Below, piece by piece: positions 1 to 9,714 of a DNA stretch of 64,000 nucleotides (its first letter is position 1; each line of letters begins with the position of its first letter). Made by a program: the position numbers and the translations under genes. The notes below the pieces were generated by a model. That model searched no databases. It was not told the DNA's origin and saw nothing but the letters and a program-made list of their open reading frames with translations. Source of the stretch: Blastocatellia bacterium (GTDB taxonomy: Bacteria; Acidobacteriota; Blastocatellia; UBA7656); the NCBI GenBank assembly GCA_963765495.1, contig CAVXWP010000001.1, forward strand, positions 320,001-384,000. Direction: 5' to 3'.

Positions 1-1094
1 AACCCGAGTACGGCGACTTCGGTGCCGAGCGGGGCGGGCCATTTGAGCAACAACGCAAGCGAAAAATAATAGACCACCACAAGCCCGCGCACGAACTTTT
101 GCAACGTGTAGTAATCTTCCCAGAAGAAAGGAAAAAAGGCCGCAAGCACCGCGCTTGCAAGCACCCAGTTCATCGCGCCCGCAGGCACACGCGCCGCCTC
201 GGTCAGAGGGTAATGCCAGATCAATATAAGCCATATAGGCATTGAATTGCGGAGCCATTTTGCAAGCCGGGCAGGCCGGATCATTGTCAGGTCGGCTATC
301 AGATAAACGTAATAGGCTGCCGCGGGCAGCCAGACTTTAAGATAATCTTCACCCCCCGTCCGGCGCGCTATCAGTACCAGTGTGGCGATGACAGAGACGA
401 TGAGCGGTGCCCATTCGTAACTGCGAATGGGCGAAGGCGGTTGAGCATACCATCGCTCCCACCCCTCGGCTCCGCGCAGGGCCGGAGCAAGCGAGCGATT
501 TATCTTTTCGGTCAACAATCGCATTACCTCGCGCGCATACTCCTTGTCCTCCGTGCGTCCGGCGCGCTCCGCCTCACTCAGCCGCACGGGAGCGTGATAG
601 CGCACGATGATCTTTGCGGGGCGGGGCAGCAGCTTCCACTTAGGCCATGCGCGCGACGCTCCTCCAATGGTGACGGGCACAATCGGGGCTCCCGTCTCGA
701 TGGCCAGTCGCGCCGTCCCCGATTTGAGATCGCCCATCGGTCCCTGTTCCGAACGTTGCCCTTCGGGGAAGATGCCAAGCGCGTGCCCGCCTTCGAGCAC
801 GCGACGCGCTTCGAGATAAGCGGCCTCACCCTTGCCTCGCCTTATGTCAACCGGAAACGCGCCCAATGCCTTTATGACGGGTCCGAGCAGAGGCACTTTG
901 AAGAGCGCATCCCACGCCATAAAACGTATGACTCGCTTGATCGGCAGCGCGACCAGGGCCGGATCGAGATAAGACGGATGATTGCCCGCGATGATCACCG
1001 CGCCGCGTTCGGGCACATTTTCAAGCCCGTGATACTCAACTGAAAAGAGTACCCGGAATATCAATCTTCCTGTGAGTTTTAATAGTGAAAGCAT
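1..1094 (-). CDS. PlsC-like lysophospholipid acyltransferase with C-terminal multi-TM extension (runs off window edge)
   Basis: Not in the ORF track. Manual translation from ATG 1094: MLSLLKLTGRLIFRVLFSVEYHGLENVPERGAVIIAGNHPSYLDP...GIFPEGQRS...PIVPV (NHxSxxD and FPEG motifs), followed by hydrophobic helices, open to position 1. Confidence 0.85.
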   Translation of the reverse strand, partial: MLSLLKLTGRLIFRVLFSVEYHGLENVPERGAVIIAGNHPSYLDPALVALPIKRVIRFMAWDALFKVPLLGPVIKALGAFPVDIRRGKGEAAYLEARRVLEGGHALGIFPEGQRSEQGPMGDLKSGTARLAIETGAPIVPVTIGGASRAWPKWKLLPRPAKIIVRYHAPVRLSEAERAGRTEDKEYAREVMRLLTEKINRSLAPALRGAEGWERWYAQPPSPIRSYEWAPLIVSVIATLVLIARRTGGEDYLKVWLPAAAYYVYLIADLTMIRPARLAKWLRNSMPIWLILIWHYPLTEAARVPAGAMNWVLASAVLAAFFPFFWEDYYTLQKFVRGLVVVYYFSLALLLKWPAPLGTEVAVLG

Positions 1095-1223
1095 GTTTGT
1101 CCGTCGGCCGTTGTCGGTTGCAGATTATAACGATATTCATGTAAAGCCAAAATCCGTTTTCTGACAACGGACAAATTAGAGCCACTGGCGAGCGTTATCA
1201 AGCCGGATTATACTATTTACCGT

Positions 1224-2111
1224 ATGGCACTGGTGGAATTAAAACACGCGGAGAATACGCCCGGGGATTTTTTTGTTGATACCAGTTGTATAGACTGTGA
1301 TCTGTGTCGCCAGATCGCACCCGCCACCTTCTCTGACATTGGCGATCAATCGGTAGTGCATCATCAACCCGAAACTGAGGAAGAGGAATTTGCCGCGCTC
1401 AAGGCTCTGGTCACATGTCCTACGGCATCAATCGGCGCGCTCGGGTCGCACGCCGCCAGGCAGGCGGTTGCCGCCTATCCCGAATTGATTGAGGGTGACG
1501 TCTATTTTTGCGGCTTCGCATCGGAATCGTCTTTCGGCGCGTCAAGCTATCTGATAGTGCGGCCCGAAGGAAATGTTCTGGTGGATTCGCCGCGATTTGC
1601 CCGCCCTCTCGCAAGGAAGATTCAAGAGAGGGGCGGCGTCAGGTGGATGTTCCTCACACATCGCGACGATGTAGCCGATCACGAAAAATGGGCCGCCGAA
1701 TTCGGTTGCGACCGCATCATGCACCGCGATGATATAGGCCGTCTGTCGAGCATCGAGCGACCCCTCTCAGGCAACGATGACATAGTGCTTGATGACGAAC
1801 TGACAGCCATTCCCACACCGGGTCACACGCGCGGACACACCGCGTTGCTTTATAAGAATCGGTATCTCTTTTCAGGCGATCACCTCTGGTGGTCCGACAA
1901 TTACGGCTCGCTTTACGCATCGCCCAATGTCTGCTGGTATTCGTGGCCCCGGCAGATCGAATCCATCGAGCGATTGCTCGGTCACGAGTTTGAATGGGTT
2001 CTGCCAGGACACGGCCGCCGCGCTCACGCAGGACGTGAGCAGATGCGCCTTTATCTTGAAGAGTGCCTTGCGCGCATGAAAAATCACCCGCTCAGAGCAA
2101 GAGCGCTCTGA
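1224..2111 (+). CDS. MBL-fold metallohydrolase with N-terminal ferredoxin-like domain
   Basis: CIDCDLC...CP ferredoxin motif; THRDDVADH, GHTRGH, GDH and PGHG MBL motifs. Confidence 0.88.
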   Translation: MALVELKHAENTPGDFFVDTSCIDCDLCRQIAPATFSDIGDQSVVHHQPETEEEEFAALKALVTCPTASIGALGSHAARQAVAAYPELIEGDVYFCGFASESSFGASSYLIVRPEGNVLVDSPRFARPLARKIQERGGVRWMFLTHRDDVADHEKWAAEFGCDRIMHRDDIGRLSSIERPLSGNDDIVLDDELTAIPTPGHTRGHTALLYKNRYLFSGDHLWWSDNYGSLYASPNVCWYSWPRQIESIERLLGHEFEWVLPGHGRRAHAGREQMRLYLEECLARMKNHPLRARAL

Positions 2112-2193
2112 GCAAAGCGACGCATCTGCTCAGCAACTCCCCGGCCCGATACGCATCATCCGCGATCTATTAACGCCGCCTCTTCTTGCACGA

Positions 2194-5019
2194 TTAATTT
2201 GTTCCGCCGAGCAGGATCGCGTTGAAGAGAAACTTGAACGTGCCCCAGGTCTGCGCCCTGTGCTGAGGTCGAAACCCAAACAGCACCACGTGCCCTCGCC
2301 CCATGCTCACATCGACCAGCGCCGATTTGCCCGAGATATATTCAGGCCCAAGCAGCCATCCCGATCTGAGCGGATTTCCCTCGACATAATTTGCCACCGA
2401 GCGGGCGCGGGTTTGATCGGTGATCTCAAAGGCAAAGGCGCTTACAATCGGCGCGGAAGGAACTCGGGCCGACGCCTGCCCACGCGATGAGGCATCGGGT
2501 GTGGCGGATGTAGAGTCAGGCGCGGCCTCCGGTTCGGGCTGTGCGCGGCGCGTGCCGCTCACAAAATAGAGATCGGCTTTTGCAGCCATCCCGTAGGCTA
2601 CGGGGTTCGACGTGTCCACCGTTGCCTGAAAGATCGAGCCCGGCGCGTAAAAACGATCTCGCTTTAGCCCGTCCAGAACGTTTTTTACCGGCAGATTGAA
2701 TTTATCAATCGCAAGCTCGGATGATGAATCGAGACAGATCAATACGCCGCCCGCCTCCACGAATTGCTTCAGATTGGCAACCCCGGCCTCTGTGATGCCG
2801 CCCGTGTACTGGGCCGGGTATGTGCCCTGTTTGTTGCCTTCGATGATCTGCTGCATGCTCTGGTCGGGCAGTATCACTACGTCGAATTTATCTCGGAGAC
2901 CGCCCACCCGTATATCCTCGTCGTTTATGTTTTTATAATCGAAGCCGAACTTCTCAAGCACCCAGCGGGTCCATCCTTCATCCATAGAAACGGCCCAACT
3001 GCGATAGAGCGCGACGCGCGGCAGCTTGAATCGATCAGAAGACACGGCTGCGGGTTTCGAACCTGACCGTTTATCTGTGATTGTCTGCACGTCGAAGCCC
3101 ACGCCGTATTTTGCCGCTATCGTTCCCACTCCGAACAATTCATTGAGGTCGCTCGCGTACGAGCGCGCCGGTCTTTTTCCGTTTGCCTTTTCAGCGGGTT
3201 TTGGCGTGATGACGAAAGTGCCCGCCGGATAGTCTATATCGCTGATTTCGGCGGGCCGGTTGAGACGCGAAATCGTTACCGTATCGCGCGTCTTCGCAAG
3301 CTCGTTTATAAACGCATAAGCGTTGTTCGCATCCGGTAAAAGATACGCCGTTATCCCGACTGCGTGAGGCGCGGTCAAAGAATTACTGTCGAAACCGACT
3401 ATCTTGTTTGCCGTATCAATCTTCCTCAACTCGACATCGAATCTCTTATCCGCCGCGACATACTCGACGCCCATCTGCATGGGCAGGGTCCACCCGGCCA
3501 CGTCATAAGGCTGCTCGGCAGGCCCGCCCGGATATATTCTGCGGTCGGGGTAGTGCTGGGCTTCAAACAGACATTTCACGTTGGCCCGATAAGGCTGCGC
3601 GAGCAATATTACATAGCTGTTTTTGCCGTACTGCTTCCCCTCGTATGTGAAGTCCGAGGTCGCCACGTGAACCTCTACGCCCTGTTGAATCAATATGTCG
3701 ATCATGTGGTCTGCGGTAGGCTGGTCACGCTGCCAGATCGGCACGATGTAGGCAAAGGGCGCTTCCTGTTTTCCCGCTTCGATGGCCCGTGCGCCCGCGT
3801 CCACGAAATTGCGGATCAACTCTTCGCGATGAAGTGAGGCTTCTTCAAGCGCCGTGCGGCAGGTTATCAATTCCATGTTCAAGATGTCGCGCATGCGCCA
3901 CGTGCCGCCTTCCCACACGGAAGGGAAATTCAAAGCCGGTTCGAGCGGATTCGAAAGCCCACGCGCCGACGAGCGCAGTTGCCCCCGCTTGATATCAATC
4001 GGCGTAGCGATCCGCGCCGACGCCGCCTCCGTCAGTATTCCGACCGAGTTGTGATAATAAGGCGCGCTGCGCAAGCCGCCGTGCCACCACATATCATAGG
4101 TCGAATTCGTGGCCACGCCCTTGAACCCGGCAGCCGTCAGATTCACGGCCATCTGCATCCCGAGCGCCCCCACCTCGCGCAGTATCACGGGGTCTATGTT
4201 TGGATTGGCCGGATCGAAAAACGGCGGCGCAACCATCCGCGAGCCGTATTGCCCCTGCTGATGCACATCGTAGACGATTTCGGGGAACCACTCGCGCCAG
4301 AACAATCGTGAAACTATATGAGTCTCGGTTTGAGTCAGCATGAACCAGTCGCGGTTGTTATCGTGACCCGCGTAGTGATGATAGAGCACGGGCGGGCTCG
4401 TGCCTTCGTGGCTTGTGCCGAGCGTCTTTCTGTACCAGTCGCCGACTATATCAATGCCGTCGGGGTTGACCGACGGCACAAGCACAAGCACGGTGTTTCG
4501 CAGGATTTCAGCCGTTTCTTCCGAGGTATCGCTCGCAAGACGGTAGGCCAGTTCCATCGACATCTGAGAAGCAACTATCTCGGTCGAATGAATCGAGCAG
4601 GTAATGGCAAGGACGGCGGGCGTATCGCGTATAAGGCTCCGGCGTTCGGATTGCTCGGCGATCAACCGGGGATCGGCCAGCCGCGCCTGAGCCTGACGGA
4701 TTCGCGGCAGGTTGCGGAGGTTTTCTTCCGAAGAAATGATTGCGACGATAAAGGGGCGGCCTTCGGTTGAAAGCCCCGCCTGTTGAACCGTCACACGGTC
4801 GGAGGCAGCATCGAGCCGCTTGAAATAATCTACTATATCGGACCACCGGGCAAGCTTGCGATCTTCGCCCGGCTCGAATCCGAGCACATCGCGCGGCGCG
4901 GGAGGCTTTTCATCTCTCGCCGCCTGCCTTACTGGTTTAGCCTCGGCGACCGCCCCCGCGAGCGCAAACAGTATGACAAGCAAAAAGAATTTGAAAAGAG
5001 AGCGCACAATCATATCCAA
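2194..5019 (-). CDS. Secreted M14-family zinc carboxypeptidase with C-terminal GATase-like domain
   Basis: Signal peptide; IHSTE (HxxE), NPDG, DNNRDW and DVHQ motifs; C-terminal DEGWTRW...FDVVILPD...GGVLI. Confidence 0.85.
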   Translation of the reverse strand: MDMIVRSLFKFFLLVILFALAGAVAEAKPVRQAARDEKPPAPRDVLGFEPGEDRKLARWSDIVDYFKRLDAASDRVTVQQAGLSTEGRPFIVAIISSEENLRNLPRIRQAQARLADPRLIAEQSERRSLIRDTPAVLAITCSIHSTEIVASQMSMELAYRLASDTSEETAEILRNTVLVLVPSVNPDGIDIVGDWYRKTLGTSHEGTSPPVLYHHYAGHDNNRDWFMLTQTETHIVSRLFWREWFPEIVYDVHQQGQYGSRMVAPPFFDPANPNIDPVILREVGALGMQMAVNLTAAGFKGVATNSTYDMWWHGGLRSAPYYHNSVGILTEAASARIATPIDIKRGQLRSSARGLSNPLEPALNFPSVWEGGTWRMRDILNMELITCRTALEEASLHREELIRNFVDAGARAIEAGKQEAPFAYIVPIWQRDQPTADHMIDILIQQGVEVHVATSDFTYEGKQYGKNSYVILLAQPYRANVKCLFEAQHYPDRRIYPGGPAEQPYDVAGWTLPMQMGVEYVAADKRFDVELRKIDTANKIVGFDSNSLTAPHAVGITAYLLPDANNAYAFINELAKTRDTVTISRLNRPAEISDIDYPAGTFVITPKPAEKANGKRPARSYASDLNELFGVGTIAAKYGVGFDVQTITDKRSGSKPAAVSSDRFKLPRVALYRSWAVSMDEGWTRWVLEKFGFDYKNINDEDIRVGGLRDKFDVVILPDQSMQQIIEGNKQGTYPAQYTGGITEAGVANLKQFVEAGGVLICLDSSSELAIDKFNLPVKNVLDGLKRDRFYAPGSIFQATVDTSNPVAYGMAAKADLYFVSGTRRAQPEPEAAPDSTSATPDASSRGQASARVPSAPIVSAFAFEITDQTRARSVANYVEGNPLRSGWLLGPEYISGKSALVDVSMGRGHVVLFGFRPQHRAQTWGTFKFLFNAILLGGTN

Positions 5020-5032
5020 TCAGTCCTTTCGG

Positions 5033-5193
5033 TTTCCCAAAATGTAGATTAGGAAAATTGAAACAGGCCACTGACAGACGCGGATTGAGGCGGATTTTCG
5101 CAGATTAGATCATGTAGAACCAAATCCGTGAAAATCCGTCGCATCCGTGTCATTCGTGATCTATTGTCACAAGCCTTTCAATCAAATTTACCT
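5033..5193. repeat. ~160-bp palindromic element with 9-nt (C)GGATT units, copy 1
   Basis: gcggattgaggcggattttcgcagatt...aaatccgtgaaaatccgtcgcatccgtg; flanks match 22153-22310. Confidence 0.8.
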
Positions 5194-5317
5194 TCGGTAC
5201 TTTCGCCGCTTAATGGTGACAAAGGTTAGCATATCTGATAGGCTGGCGGCTAACTGGCACGGAGATCGGCTCCGGTCAGCGACCTTATAATCCGTCTGTG
5301 CGAGGCAAAACTTTCGA

Positions 5318-6055
5318 ATGATGCCGCGTTTGCGAGCGCTTCTTCTGCTTGGTTTCTGGTTCACAAGCATAGCAGTCTTTGCGCCCTTCATGATACTGGC
5401 CACTTTAATCACCGGGAACGAGAATTTCATCTATCGCCCCGTGCGGGTATTCGTCAAATTTGGCCTCGCGATGGTCGGTGTTCGAGTTCAGGTGACGGGG
5501 GCCGAACGACTCACGCCCGGTCAGGCTTATATCTTCACACCCAACCATCAGAGCATGATCGAAGTGCCTCTGCTTGTGACTTATCTGAAACGCAACATCG
5601 CGTATCTGGCAAAGAAAGAGGTCTTCAAGTATCCGATATTCGGCTACGGAATCGGGTTGATGGGCGTGGTTCCGGTTGATCGCAGAAACACGCAATCGGC
5701 GGTCGAAAGCGCGCGACTGGCTACTGAAAACCTGCGAAAGGGCAAGTCTTACGCCGTGTATCCCGAGGGCACGCGATCACCCGACGGGCGGCTTCTCCCT
5801 TTCAAAAAAGGCGCGTTTATTATGGCGGTCGAAGGCCGCGTTCCCGTGGTTCCCGTGAGCATATCGGGCAGCACAAAGATCATGCCTAAGGGCGAAATCA
5901 AAATCTTTCCTTCAACCATTTATATAACCATTCACGATCCCATCGGCACGGAAAATTACTCTAAGGAGAACATAACCGAGTTGATGGAAATCGTGCGCGC
6001 GCGCGTGGTTTCGGCCCTGCCCGAAGAACAGGGAGCCGCACGCGCCGGAAGTTGA
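5318..6055 (+). CDS. plsC: 1-acyl-sn-glycerol-3-phosphate acyltransferase
   Basis: PNHQSMIE, YPEGTRS, PFKKG and PVVPV motifs. Confidence 0.9.
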   Translation: MMPRLRALLLLGFWFTSIAVFAPFMILATLITGNENFIYRPVRVFVKFGLAMVGVRVQVTGAERLTPGQAYIFTPNHQSMIEVPLLVTYLKRNIAYLAKKEVFKYPIFGYGIGLMGVVPVDRRNTQSAVESARLATENLRKGKSYAVYPEGTRSPDGRLLPFKKGAFIMAVEGRVPVVPVSISGSTKIMPKGEIKIFPSTIYITIHDPIGTENYSKENITELMEIVRARVVSALPEEQGAARAGS

Positions 6056-6091
6056 GCGATAAAGCAGGATAAAGCAGGATAAAGCAGAATG

Positions 6092-6288
6092 ATACCAAAT
6101 CTCGTCAGATAGAGACGGATGGGATTACAAAAGTCATATGGTAGGCGAATTTGAGCCGATAGCTCGCGCTAATAGGCCGGGACGGACGCGGATGCGGCCT
6201 ATTTCAAATATACTAATCTGCATCTTAGAGGTTAAAATGGTTCCGCGAATTCGGCTGCCAAACGTCATTATCAAAAAAGATTTGGTAT
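6092..6288. mobile_element. Putative non-autonomous MITE with 11-bp terminal inverted repeats
   Basis: ATACCAAATCT at 6092 and AGATTTGGTAT at 6278-6288, with no ORF between; the left end recurs at 31789; preceded by a GATAAAGCAG tandem. Confidence 0.6.
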
Positions 6289-6296
6289 AAAGCAGA

Positions 6297-8270
6297 TTAG
6301 GGTTTGAGACCGACTTTGCGAATGATCTCTTGAAAGCGCGGGTCAGGACGCAAATTGTCGAGTTCCGGGGTCATCTTTATGTGAATCATCTGATTCTCTC
6401 TCGCCTGATAAGCCTTTTCCAGCCATTCAAGCGCGTGCTCTTTGTCATCAAGGGCGGCGTAGATGACTGCGGCAGCATATATACTTCGCTTTTGTTCGCC
6501 CCCCTTCAACAGGACTTGAAGCATAGCCTCGGCCTCTGCTCGCTGACCACGGCCTGTGTAAGCTTTAGCCAGAAAGGGGGTTCTCTGTATCTCGCCCAGA
6601 CCATAGGATTTCCCAAATTCGCTGATTGCATCGTCAAACATTGATTGGGCCGTATAAATGCGCCCCAGCAGAATGTGCAATTTCGCATCGTTCGGATAGG
6701 CGCTGAGCGCGCTCCGGCATTGATCCAATGCTCGATCATAGCGGCGCGCGTAGAAGAGCATAGAGACATAGCCATAGTTGACGTCGTTCGAGATAGGATC
6801 GAGTCGAAATGCCTTTTCGGCTTCGGCGATTGATTCATCCGAACGACCGAGATCGCTCAACAGAGTGGCCAGATTTATATGAGCATCGGCGTTGTTGGGA
6901 TTCAACTCGATAGCGTGTCTCAGGGATTGCTCCGCGCCCGACCAGTCCCAGAATCCGAGGAACCTGATCCATCCCAGCGCATTATGCGCCTCGTCCAGAT
7001 TCGGGTCCAAAGCGAGCGACTTATTGGCCGCCGCAAGCGCCCGGTCTCGCATCTCTTCAAGGTCAGGTGTTGTTACGGCAAGGGCCAGATAGCCCAGGGC
7101 CAGCCCCGCATAAGCCTGTGGGTAATCCGGGTCTTTTTCGACAGCCTTCCTGTAAAAATCTACCGCCTTCTGGAACTGATACTGAAAGTAATAATATTTA
7201 CCCTGCGTGTAGAGTTGGTAAGCCTCGGTGTCTTCGGTGAAGCGTCTGGACAAAAGCTCCTGCTCGGTTTTGTTCGGCTGTAGCGAGAGCGCCTCCATCA
7301 TCTTTTCCGAGATGGAATCCTGCAACGCAAAGACGTTTGTAAAGAAATCGTCGAATTTGCCCGACCACAGCGTAGCCCCGTCCGATACGCGGAGCAGTTG
7401 CGCCGTGACGCGAATCCTTTTCTCGTCCTGTTGAATTCGCCCGTCAAGCACCGCTTCGACATTCAGTTCTCTTCCGGCGATAAGCGCGTCGGTGCCGGAA
7501 TCTGAGTATTTCAAGACGGCGCTCGTAGGGCGTACGGTTATTTCACTGAGGCTGCTCAACCGCGTAATCAGCGCGTCGGCCATCCCCATCCCAAGAGCCT
7601 GATCCGCCTCGCCCGTCGTCAGAGTCCTGAACGGCAGCACGGCAAGGCTGCGGCTGCTTGCGAAGATCGGGCTCCTGTTTTTCTGACCGGCGGGCCAGAG
7701 CAGAAAAGTTCCGACGCCGCCTATGACCAGAATCCCGAGCGCCAGCGCCAAGAGGCGAAACCTGCGAGCTTGTCCGGGTGACAGTGGTCTGATGGAGCCT
7801 TCTTTGTCCGATTCGGCCGCGCGGGTTTCGGCTTCGTCCGTTTGCCCGCTCTCTGCATCTGCCGGTCCGGCCTGACCCGAAAACGGAGTCTCGGCCTGCG
7901 GATTGACGGGCGGACTGATGAACGATTCATCATCGCTTACGACCTGTTTGGTCACCTCGGCTATGAAGCGGTAGCCGCGTCTCGGAACGGTTTCGATGTA
8001 ACGCGGGTTGGAAGGAAGCTCGCCGAGCGCCTTGCGCAGCGCAGACACGTTTACGCTCAGGTTCACCTCTTCGACAAAACTGTCAGGCCAGAGGGTTTCG
8101 AGCAAATAGTTCTTTTCAAGCAGCTTGCCCGGGTTTTCTATAAGCAGGACGAGCAGATCAAAGACCTTCGCCGTAAGCTCGACCGGTTGCCCCTCCCTCA
8201 GCAAAAGGCGCTCGACGGGGTCTAATCGGAAGGAACTGAATTCGTATAAGCGCTTTGCTTTCTTACTCAT
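6297..8270 (-). CDS. Winged-helix (OmpR/CadC-type) / TM / TolB-like / TPR transcriptional regulator
   Basis: N-terminal YEFSSFRLD...YIETVPRRGYRF; one TM helix; SLAVLPF...GMADALITRL; multiple TPRs. Confidence 0.9.
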   Translation of the reverse strand: MSKKAKRLYEFSSFRLDPVERLLLREGQPVELTAKVFDLLVLLIENPGKLLEKNYLLETLWPDSFVEEVNLSVNVSALRKALGELPSNPRYIETVPRRGYRFIAEVTKQVVSDDESFISPPVNPQAETPFSGQAGPADAESGQTDEAETRAAESDKEGSIRPLSPGQARRFRLLALALGILVIGGVGTFLLWPAGQKNRSPIFASSRSLAVLPFRTLTTGEADQALGMGMADALITRLSSLSEITVRPTSAVLKYSDSGTDALIAGRELNVEAVLDGRIQQDEKRIRVTAQLLRVSDGATLWSGKFDDFFTNVFALQDSISEKMMEALSLQPNKTEQELLSRRFTEDTEAYQLYTQGKYYYFQYQFQKAVDFYRKAVEKDPDYPQAYAGLALGYLALAVTTPDLEEMRDRALAAANKSLALDPNLDEAHNALGWIRFLGFWDWSGAEQSLRHAIELNPNNADAHINLATLLSDLGRSDESIAEAEKAFRLDPISNDVNYGYVSMLFYARRYDRALDQCRSALSAYPNDAKLHILLGRIYTAQSMFDDAISEFGKSYGLGEIQRTPFLAKAYTGRGQRAEAEAMLQVLLKGGEQKRSIYAAAVIYAALDDKEHALEWLEKAYQARENQMIHIKMTPELDNLRPDPRFQEIIRKVGLKP

Positions 8271-8276
8271 AGAAGA

Positions 8277-8317
8277 TTTAGGAACTCTTTAGGAGTTATT
8301 TCGGAGCCGTTTTAAGA
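8277..8317. promoter_or_regulatory. Four phased TTT(A/C)(G/A)GA direct repeats, putative wHTH operator
   Basis: TTTAGGA 8277, TTTAGGA 8288, TTTCGGA 8299, TTTAAGA 8311 (spacing 11/11/12), immediately upstream of the regulator start. Confidence 0.5.
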
Positions 8318-8396
8318 CTTCAGCCCGCCCGCCGAATTATAGTCCATCCGTCGCAAATTGGTACAGCAGCATTAATGGAGATAAGAATGCAGAATA

Positions 8397-8462
8397 GCCA
8401 CGGAGGTACAGAGGCACAGAGAAAATATTACAAAAATCTCTGTGTTTTTGTGTCTTTGTGGC
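8397..8462. repeat. Palindromic element with 8-nt CACAGAG units, copy 1
   Basis: gccacggaggtacagaggcacagag...ctctgtgtttttgtgtctttgtggc. Confidence 0.75.
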
Positions 8463-8498
8463 AAAAATTCTCCCTTTCCGATTTTTGAGAGCCTCAGG

Positions 8499-8942
8499 AT
8501 GAAAATGAAGAGATACATCGGCCAGGCCTCGATAGCAGCAGCGATCACAATCGCGATAGCGGCGGCTCTTCGTCTGGGGGCGGGCGAAGCGGACGGGGCG
8601 AAGATTGTTGCCTCCGGCGCTTTTCATCAGGTAGCCCACAAAGGCAGGGGAGTGGCCACTATCTATCAACTCCCCGATACAAAACTCGTGCTTCGATTGA
8701 CGGATTTCCACACCGACAGCGGACGGGACTTGCAGGTATATCTAATCTCGGCTCTAAATGCGCTGGAAAACGAGACGGTTCAAAAATCGGAGTTCGTATC
8801 GCTTGGCGAGTTGCGGAAAAGCGAAGGCGATCAGAGCTATGAACTGCCTGCGGGGCTGGACCTTACAAAGTATCGAGCCGTAACCGTCTGGAACAGGAAA
8901 TATCAGGTCAACTTTATCACAGCGCCTCTGACCTTGCGGTAG
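8499..8942 (+). CDS. DM13-domain protein (secreted)
   Basis: SGAFHQVAHKGRG...GRDLQVYL...LGELRKSEGDQSYELP...YRAVTVW; start moved to ATG 8499 because the upstream extension is repeat-derived. Confidence 0.82.
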   Translation: MKMKRYIGQASIAAAITIAIAAALRLGAGEADGAKIVASGAFHQVAHKGRGVATIYQLPDTKLVLRLTDFHTDSGRDLQVYLISALNALENETVQKSEFVSLGELRKSEGDQSYELPAGLDLTKYRAVTVWNRKYQVNFITAPLTLR

Positions 8943-8974
8943 GGCGTTTGTGCGATCTGCCAGGAGATGAATTT

Positions 8975-9562
8975 ATGAACTCACCTTGCGTAGCGGTTCA
9001 AAAGTCAGAGGAAGCATTCACGGGGACCGGGATCAGTGAAGAGTCATTCGAAACAGCGGCCCTGCCTCATATGGATGATCTTTTCCGCACGGCCCGGCGC
9101 GTGATCGGAAACCCGGGCGATGCCGAAGACCTTGTGCAGGAGACCTATTTTCAGGCGTGGAAATCCTTTCATCGCTATGAGCCGGGTACCAACTGCCGGG
9201 CCTGGCTCTTCAAGATATTGTTTCACGTAATCCAGCACCATCGGCGCAAGTGGCTCAACTTCAAATTCAGCTCGATCAGCGAAGGCGAAATGCCGCTTGA
9301 AGACACGCTTGTTTATGAACCCCCCGTTCCCGAAGACCTCCGAGATGAAGAGATACTTCGGGCGCTCGATAAAATCCCCCGGCAATACAGAGAAGTGATG
9401 ATACTGGCCGATGTCGAAGAATTCGCTTACAAAGAGATCGCCGCGATATTGAGCATCCCCGTCGGTACCGTGATGTCGCGTTTGAATCGCGGCAGAAAGC
9501 TGTTAAGAACAGAACTTGCCGGGTTTGCCGAAAACTATGGAATCGTGAAATGTCAGATTTGA
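8975..9562 (+). CDS. ECF RNA polymerase sigma factor
   Basis: DAEDLVQETY...AWLFKI (region 2) and YKEIAAILSIPVGTVMSRLNRGR (region 4); RBS CAGGAG at 8961. Confidence 0.92.
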   Translation: MNSPCVAVQKSEEAFTGTGISEESFETAALPHMDDLFRTARRVIGNPGDAEDLVQETYFQAWKSFHRYEPGTNCRAWLFKILFHVIQHHRRKWLNFKFSSISEGEMPLEDTLVYEPPVPEDLRDEEILRALDKIPRQYREVMILADVEEFAYKEIAAILSIPVGTVMSRLNRGRKLLRTELAGFAENYGIVKCQI

Positions 9563-9714
9563 AATCTCAGTGGATGCCCTGAGCGAACCAGGGAAGGGAT
9601 CAACTTTAAGAGGCCGCCGGGCGAGTTTGATCGGAGCTTAAAACCGAGTTGAACCGACGAGCGTATTGAAACCGGCAGAACTATGCTGTATACCCTCTTA
9701 AAGGAGATAAGGAT

